A DNA stretch of 59,055 nt, filler included. It is 8 parts of 8 records of this genome, joined end to end, with 100 filler letters (N's around TTAATTAATTAA, not from the genome) between each part and the next. Parts side by side here need not be neighbours in the genome. Positions count along the whole stretch, not along the records: positions 49,813 to 59,055 come from SRR31147125_3678; 7 more parts are not named here. One strand, given 5' to 3'. Under the pieces are notes generated by a model. The model was not told where the DNA came from. It made no database searches and worked only from the letters and a program-made list of their open reading frames with translations. Both the position numbers and the translations under genes were made by a program. Positions 52,401 to 59,055 of the stretch are shown here, one piece after another; position 1 is the stretch's first letter, and every line of letters begins with the position of its first letter.

Positions 52401-52922
52401 ATTACGTCAATCACATGTATTTTGTTTCTCTTTTTATACACTTTTTATTAAAAATCTTAACACATGATTGTTAACTTCCAGAATTGACGAACCTTTCATG
52501 GTTAAGAAAAAAATTAATAGATTCAATAAATATTTATTTATAACACAAAAAATTGAAAACTTTATTATGGGCTACTTTAACGCCTCTCACCTCTAACCTT
52601 CTAAAACACTGAAAAACAAAAATATAAAAGAAAGTATAAAATAACACAAAATTTGATAAAAATTTTTTATTAAGAATTAACCTTGATATTTATTGTTCTA
52701 TCAAAGTTTTACAAGAAACTATAACAAATGAGTTATTTATTATTTGACTTTTTAACAAAAAACGGTTAACATATAAATTACAAAATCAGTTTTAGAGTCA
52801 TTTTATACAATATTCAACTATACAGAATCAACATAATTTTACACTCAAATAAAATCTAAAACCATATAACGTTGAGATAGTTGATATTATTTTAGCAACA
52901 ACAATAATAGTTATTAATATAA

Positions 52923-53882
52923 TTATTCTAAGATATCATGATTTTTTTCTCCCCATGCAATCAATTTTTTCCTTGAAATAATGAAAACATAGTTATAAGG
53001 ATTATATACACCTTCATCATATAACCTTTTTCTTTCTTTGCTTAAAAACAGCGCATTTTTGATTGTCTTCTCGTTTGTATTATGTTTAAAGGTTTCACCT
53101 CCAATTTCTTCTATTATATTAAGAAAAAAAGCCAACTCTGGAGATATTTTTTTAATAACAGGATCAAAAAACCAACTGGTTCCATTAACCCCTTTAATTT
53201 TTTTATTCTTTTTTAACAATTGAGATACACTATAAAACATCCTTCGTACACCAGCTTCATTAAAAAATTTCATAGCATTAAAGTCAACCTGATTGTTATG
53301 AAACTTATAAACTGGAGAAATTCCTTTTAGCTGAAAAACAACGGTAAAAACACCTTTTATAAGTTGTCTTACATTATGCGAAAATAAAAATCTGATTGAG
53401 ATACGATCCGTATCTAGTAGTAGAGGGTTAATTAATATTGTATTAAGATTACAAATAGACTGAATTTTCAAAAATTTATCATCTGTATAAACAAAAAAAC
53501 TGTCAGAAAAATGATTGTTCATTAGACTGTTAGTTGTTGCAGAATAAAATTTTAAAATTCCTTCAATGATGTATTGTGTTAAAAGGTCATTATTGAGTCT
53601 ATTTAAAGAATTAAGCATCATTTTAGCCAAAAGTACTTTTTGGTGAATTACATACTCTTGCCCTTGAAGAACATTACTTATTTTGTCAAAATAACCTTTG
53701 GCTTCCTTTGAAATATAATTGTAACTACATTCAATTGGATAATCTTTAAGAATATTAATCACCTCTGATAAATTCTCATCAATCAAATGAAAATCAGCAC
53801 TTTTGTTTTTAGAATCTAGAATTAATCTCTCAATCTCTTTTTTTACTTCTGTTGAAGTTGGGATATTTTGGTTTGAATACAT
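52923..53882 (-). CDS. Hypothetical protein, possible GNAT-like N-acyltransferase
   Basis: 319-aa ORF; GTSWFFDPVIKKISP resembles the SWxxDP motif of GNAT_C-type acyltransferases; divergent from the ACP operon. Confidence 0.55.
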   Translation of the reverse strand: MYSNQNIPTSTEVKKEIERLILDSKNKSADFHLIDENLSEVINILKDYPIECSYNYISKEAKGYFDKISNVLQGQEYVIHQKVLLAKMMLNSLNRLNNDLLTQYIIEGILKFYSATTNSLMNNHFSDSFFVYTDDKFLKIQSICNLNTILINPLLLDTDRISIRFLFSHNVRQLIKGVFTVVFQLKGISPVYKFHNNQVDFNAMKFFNEAGVRRMFYSVSQLLKKNKKIKGVNGTSWFFDPVIKKISPELAFFLNIIEEIGGETFKHNTNEKTIKNALFLSKERKRLYDEGVYNPYNYVFIISRKKLIAWGEKNHDILE

Positions 53883-54092
53883 AATTTAAAAAAATATATT
53901 TCCTCTCAAAAATAACCTTAATTTTAGGTTAAAAAAATGATATAACATGAAAATTAGTTTTAAAACAAAGCTTATATTTTAACGTACATTGAAAAAATTA
54001 GTCCCTTAATCAAATTAATAGATACATTGGGACATATTAAGCAGTATAAGGCAAATAAATAAATAATTTTGAAATAAAATAATTTAATAAAC

Positions 54093-54347
54093 ATGATGCA
54101 AATGGAGCAAATAAAACAAAAAGTAAAAGATTACATTCTTGAAGTATCATTCGCTGAAAAAGAAAGTATTAATGAAGAAACCCTCATATTTCAGGAGGGC
54201 TATTTTGATTCAATGGGGTTTGTTATGCTACTTAGCTTTATTGAAGAATCTTTCGGTGTTAAACCAAGCGATGAGGATCTCGTTGAAGAAAATTTCGAGT
54301 CAATTATCGCAATCTCTGATTTTATCACAAAAAAACAAGCCGCCTAA
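54093..54347 (+). CDS. Acyl carrier protein
   Basis: Small and acidic; GYFDSMG phosphopantetheine Ser motif; FIEESFGV...ENFES. Confidence 0.9.
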   Translation: MMQMEQIKQKVKDYILEVSFAEKESINEETLIFQEGYFDSMGFVMLLSFIEESFGVKPSDEDLVEENFESIIAISDFITKKQAA

Positions 54348-54350
54348 AAA

Positions 54351-56317
54351 ATGTGCGGGATTGCAGGCATAATAGATTATTCAGGCAAGGAACATGTTGA
54401 CCTTGTTACAAGAATGCTAACCAGAATTAATCATCGGGGTCCTGATGAAAGCGGTATTTATTCAAGTAATAAAGCAACAATTGGTAACGTAAGACTAAGT
54501 ATTATTGATATTGCTTCAGGTCAACAACCTTTATCTGATCCTCATGAGAATTATTGGATTGTCTTTAATGGGGAATTATTTAATTACATCGAACTACGTG
54601 ACGAATTAGAAAAAAAGGATATTCTTTTAGAACAAAAAGCGATACCGAAGTAATTGTTCAATTATATGCATGTTACGGTAAAGATGCTCTCTCTAAAATG
54701 AACGGGCAATTTGCTTTTGCCATATGGGACAAACAAAAAGAAGAACTTTTTATTGCGCGCGACAGGGTTGGAATACGGCCATTATTTTATCATTATAAAG
54801 ATGGTATTTTCACATTTGGCTCTGAAATTAAAACAATCCTAGAAAACCCTATGGTTGATCGAAGATTTAACTATCAAGGATTACACCAGGTTTTCACATT
54901 TTGGACAAGTATTACACCAAATACAGTTTTCGAAAATATATTTGAATTGTCTCCGGGTCATTATATGACAATAAATAAAGACGGTATCAAAACATCGAAA
55001 TACTGGGAGTTAGATTATACTGAAACTGATAAATTTTCTAGAATAGAGGAGGCAGCCGAAGAGTTCAGTTCACTATTTTCAGATGCGATTAGGATTAGAT
55101 TGCGGGCAGATGTTGAAGTTGCCGCATATCTGAGTGGTGGTCTTGATTCAAGTGCAACAACAGCTTATATAAAAAAGATTGAGCCAAGTATTCTGCACAC
55201 GTTCTCAATTGGTTTTAGAGAGGGTGAATTTGATGAAACAAAGTATCAGAATGAAGCCTCAAAATACCTGGATACAGATCACAACTCGATCTATTGCAAC
55301 TCTGAGGAAATTGCAGAAAATTTCCCCAAAGTAACATGGCATGCAGAGACTCCATTAATTAGAACTGCTCCAACACCAATGTATTTATTATCTGGATTGG
55401 TACGTTCTAATAATATTAAAGTTGTTATTACGGGAGAAGGAGCAGATGAAATGCTTGGAGGCTACAATATTTTTAAGGAATCAGAAATCCGACGGTTTTG
55501 GGCAAAATACCCAAATTCAAAATACCGTCCATTGCTTCTTAAAAAATTGTACCCATATCTTCCTCAGATGCAAAAGGCATCTCCAACTATGTTGAAACTA
55601 TTTTTTGGGTATAAACTTGAGGATCAACAAAATCCATTTTATTCTCATTTATTAAGGTGGAACAATGCTTCGCATATTAAAAAGCATTTTAGTCAATCTG
55701 TAAAGAACATTAATAACAGCTATGATCCTTTTGACGAAATTACCAAGCTTTTACCTGGTAATTTTGAAAATTGGAGTTCGCTTTCGAAGGCCCAATATCT
55801 TGAAACAAGCATCTTCTTATCTGGATATTTGTTATCCTCGCAAGGTGACAGAATGGGTATGGGAAATTCTATAGAAGGGCGTTACCCTTTCCTCGATCAC
55901 AGGTTAATAGAGTTCTGTAACAGCCTTCCACCAAAATTTAAACTCAATGGATTAAATGAAAAACATCTTTTAAAAAAGGTGGTTAAAGGTAAAATTCCAG
56001 AAAGTATTGTTGGAAGATCAAAACAAGCTTATAGAGCACCAATAGCAAGTACATTTTTAAGTTCAAATGCTCCTAGTTATGTTAAAGAAGCACTTGACAA
56101 TGCTAATATTGATAAAGTTGGTGTTTTCGACTCTAAATCTGTAAGCTCACTTTTAGAAAAAGTTAGGAAAAGTGATAGACCTTCAGAAATAGAAAATATG
56201 AGTATAACAGCTATAATTTCTACTCATCTAATTTACAATCAATTCATAAAAAATGATTATCTTTCTTTAAACAAAGACGATCTTCTTAAGCCTAGGATTA
56301 TTAATGAGAGGCTATAA
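54351..56317 (+). CDS. asnB: Asparagine synthetase B-like glutamine amidotransferase (frameshift at A7 run 54610-54616)
   Basis: MCGIAG (Ntn Cys), HRGPD, RLSIID, FNGELFNY, SDTEV, GQFAFAIWD, ARDRVG, LSGGLDSS, GEGADE, EGRYPFLD. Confidence 0.93.
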
Positions 56318-56333
56318 TAAAAATAATAAAACA

Positions 56334-57332
56334 ATGAATAAATCAGAAAAGAAACCATTTTCAAAAGATATCATCCTTCTTGAGGATATTGAAGGAGTTG
56401 TTAACACAATAATAGAAAAAATGCGTGCCGATGTTTTTAAAACGCTGCATAGAAGAGGTGGTGTAATTGGAATCAGTGGTGGTATTGATTCGTCTGTTTG
56501 TATGGCATTAGCAGCAAAGGCATTTGGTCCGGAAAGATGTTTTGGTATTATGATGCCTGAACAAGATTCGAGTCCTGAGAGTGAAATGTTGGCAAGGGAA
56601 CTTGCTTCAAAATTCGGAGTTGAGGCAATTGTCGAAGATATGACTGCGTCATTAGCTGGTTTCAAATGTTATGAAAGAAGAGATGAAGCAGTAAAAAATG
56701 TCTTTCCTGAGTATGATCCGCAAAAACACAAAATGAAAATTGGTGTAAAACAAAGCGGTTTATATTCGAAACTTCCTCCTGTTTTTTCTGTAACAATTAT
56801 CGATGAAGATGGTAATGAAAAAGAAGAACGATTGCCAGCAAACGATTATTTGCAGATAGTTGCTTCTTCAAACTTTAAGCAACGTTCTAGAATGTCTATG
56901 GTTTATTATCATGCAGAACGTCTTCACTATGCTGTAGTTGGAACACCAAACAAACATGAAAAAGAACAAGGTTTCTTTGTGAAATATGGTGACGGCGGTG
57001 CTGATATAATGCCAATTGGTAATTTATATAAAACCCAGGTATATCAAATAGCTGAATACTTAGGTGTACCTCAGGGAATTATTGATAGAACACCTACAAC
57101 TGATACATATACTGCTGAGCAAACACAAGAAGAATTCTTTTATCAGTTGCCACATGATTTAATGGATAGATACTGGTATGGTTATGAGAATGGATATTCT
57201 CCGGCAGAGGTTGCAGAAGTGATGGGCAGTACCGAAGAAGATGTAAAGGCAATGTTTGTTAATTTTGAACGCAAATATAAAACTACAGAATATCTTAGAA
57301 TGCCTCCAATTAGGGAGTATTATAATGGATAA
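56334..57332 (+). CDS. nadE: NH3-dependent NAD+ synthetase-like protein (divergent paralog subfamily)
   Basis: SGGIDS PP-loop, NFKQRSRM, GTPNKHE, GFFVKYGDG, LYKTQVY, TPTTDT; long insertion after the PP-loop. Confidence 0.8.
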   Translation: MNKSEKKPFSKDIILLEDIEGVVNTIIEKMRADVFKTLHRRGGVIGISGGIDSSVCMALAAKAFGPERCFGIMMPEQDSSPESEMLARELASKFGVEAIVEDMTASLAGFKCYERRDEAVKNVFPEYDPQKHKMKIGVKQSGLYSKLPPVFSVTIIDEDGNEKEERLPANDYLQIVASSNFKQRSRMSMVYYHAERLHYAVVGTPNKHEKEQGFFVKYGDGGADIMPIGNLYKTQVYQIAEYLGVPQGIIDRTPTTDTYTAEQTQEEFFYQLPHDLMDRYWYGYENGYSPAEVAEVMGSTEEDVKAMFVNFERKYKTTEYLRMPPIREYYNG

Positions 57333-57459
57333 AAGCATTAAATTTTGAGTTATCCATTGTTTTGGGTAACTCAAAATATATTCTACCAAATTATTACATA
57401 AAACATCAAATCAATAAATTTATCTAACCCAAATATCTACATAAAAACAAATCAAAAGA

Positions 57460-58908
57460 ATGAATTGTGTCGATTACCTATTTGAAAATACTTTTGAGAA
57501 TGATAATATCTTTATTGTTGGAAAAGAAGAGATCTCATTTAAAAAATTAAATGATAATGCTAATAGTTTGGCTAATCACATAAACAATACAATAGGTAAA
57601 GGTGAAAATATAATCCTTCTATCGGTCAACAATTTATTCTTTATTACTGCTTATTTGGGCATAATTAAATCTGGAAATACGTGTGTCCCACTCGATCCTA
57701 AAATAGAAAACAGCAATTTGGAATACATTATTGGGCAAACTGCTCCTAAAATGATTATTCTTACACCTGATGTTGCTAAAAGGTTAAAGATTGATACGGA
57801 AATTAGCTTATTACCAGAAAATTTACAATCAATTTTCATAGATAATTCATCAACATATAAAGCTGATCCAAATTTTGATGAAGAGACAAATGCAGAAATA
57901 ATATTCACATCTGGCTCAACAGGAGTTCCTAAAGGAGTAATGTTAACTCATAAAAATATTATTGCAAATACACAATCCATAGTTGAATATTTAGGAATCA
58001 CAGACAAGGACCGAATGATGGTCGTAATGCCATTCTTTTATTGTTATGGATTATCATTACTTCACACTCATCTGCGTGTTGGAGGTTCAATTGTTCTTAA
58101 TAATTCCTTTATCTTTCTTGGAAAAGTAATTTCCGATCTAAAGAATCTTGAATGCACTGGATTTGCCGGTGTTCCAAGTCATTTTCAAATTCTACTAAGA
58201 AAATCAGATACTTTTAAAAATTCTGATTTCCCAAAATTAAGATATGTAACTCAAGCTGGCGGAAAACTTTCAACTGTATTTATCGACGAATTCATTGAAA
58301 ACTTTCCAGATACCGAGTTTTTTGTCATGTACGGACAGACAGAAGCAACAGCCAGGTTATCATACCTTCCTCCTAACGCATATAAAGCAAAAAAAGGTTC
58401 GCTTGGAAAAGGAATACCTAATGTAACATTATCAGTAGTAAACAATGAAGGTAAACCCGTTAAACCTGGCGAAGCTGGTGAAATAATTGCTTCTGGGGAT
58501 AATATTATGAAAGGTTATTTAAATCAACCTGAAGAAACAGACAAAGTCATAAAAGACGGATGGTTATACACGGGCGATCTAGCAACAATCGATGAAGATG
58601 GATATATTTTCCATGCCGGTAGGATGAAAGAAATAATGAAAATTTCAGGCAAACGTGTTAGTCCTAAAGAAATCGAAGATGTAGTACTTAGAATGAATCA
58701 AGTTGTTGATTGCACAATTGAAGCAATTTCTGATGATATACAAGGCGAAGCAATAAAAGCTACAATAATTGTCAAAAATGTTAACGCCCATACTTTATCG
58801 GATGCGGAAGTAAAAGAGCATTGTTCGAAAAGTTTAGCATTATATAAAATTCCGTCTGTTATTGAATTCAAAGACAGAATGGAATTAAGTAGTTCCGGAA
58901 AAAGTTAA
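57460..58908 (+). CDS. AMP-dependent acyl-CoA/acyl-ACP ligase (ANL adenylating enzyme)
   Basis: FTSGSTGVPKG, YGQTE, IMKGY, YTGDL, GRMKE, SPKEIE, SSSGK. The last few codons may be shifted in an A run (possible true end ~58922). Confidence 0.92.
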   Translation: MNCVDYLFENTFENDNIFIVGKEEISFKKLNDNANSLANHINNTIGKGENIILLSVNNLFFITAYLGIIKSGNTCVPLDPKIENSNLEYIIGQTAPKMIILTPDVAKRLKIDTEISLLPENLQSIFIDNSSTYKADPNFDEETNAEIIFTSGSTGVPKGVMLTHKNIIANTQSIVEYLGITDKDRMMVVMPFFYCYGLSLLHTHLRVGGSIVLNNSFIFLGKVISDLKNLECTGFAGVPSHFQILLRKSDTFKNSDFPKLRYVTQAGGKLSTVFIDEFIENFPDTEFFVMYGQTEATARLSYLPPNAYKAKKGSLGKGIPNVTLSVVNNEGKPVKPGEAGEIIASGDNIMKGYLNQPEETDKVIKDGWLYTGDLATIDEDGYIFHAGRMKEIMKISGKRVSPKEIEDVVLRMNQVVDCTIEAISDDIQGEAIKATIIVKNVNAHTLSDAEVKEHCSKSLALYKIPSVIEFKDRMELSSSGKS

Positions 58909-59055
58909 AGCTAAATTATAATCATTTAGACCAGTTTTAATAGTTTTCCAAATTTATCTTCCATAATCATTTTATTTTTTTACGTGCATTAATATATTTT
59001 TGCACAAAAAACTATAATGATTAAATTCTTACTAGTAAATCTATTATTTTCATCA

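Noticed and set aside
1-59055. tRNA, rRNA, riboswitch or CRISPR features
   Set aside because: None recognised by eye in the intergenic regions; a covariance-model scan would be needed to exclude them.

Overview
This window is not one locus. It is eight unrelated metagenomic contigs (1-5387, 5488-15914, 16015-21560, 21661-27969, 28070-35102, 35203-41538, 41639-49712, 49813-59055) joined by 100-nt artificial spacers (N44-TTAATTAATTAA-N44). About 15 genes are split by single-base indels, mostly in homopolymers; these are most likely sequencing errors and I rejoined them. C1 (very AT-rich): AmmeMemoRadiSam amrS/amrA (both missed by the ORF track), a Na/Pi cotransporter and a membrane-anchored PAS-GGDEF-EAL protein. 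C2: hslU, argF, an LPS-core-type glycosyltransferase cluster, a ~50% acidic Trp-spaced small protein, a Nudix hydrolase and a STAS protein. C3 (Bacteroidota-like): alpha-mannoside utilisation (GH38-like, sugar porter, GH125). C4 (Deltaproteobacteria-like): accessory genes separated by a REP/REPIN-like repeat family, including a nucleotide-transporter-like protein paired with a Tat-signal aldo-keto reductase. C5 (Bacteroidota-like): pectate lyase locus with a four-carbon acid sugar kinase and SSS transporter. C6 (Bacteroidota-like): SusC/SusD, a LacI regulator with operators, and the edge of a resolvase-bearing element. C7 (Spirochaete-like): GntR, ABC sugar transporter, DUF4038-type glycosidase, two DUF296 proteins and an RraA-family aldolase. 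C8 (Bacteroidota-like): a secreted beta-helix/Ig protein behind 21-bp-phased repeats, and an ACP-AsnB-NadE-like-acyl ligase cassette with a divergent putative acyltransferase. The best candidates for undescribed systems are the C8 cassette, the C7 catabolic operon and the repeat-bounded transporter/reductase pair in C4. All family and taxonomic calls come from motif recognition only; no searches were run.
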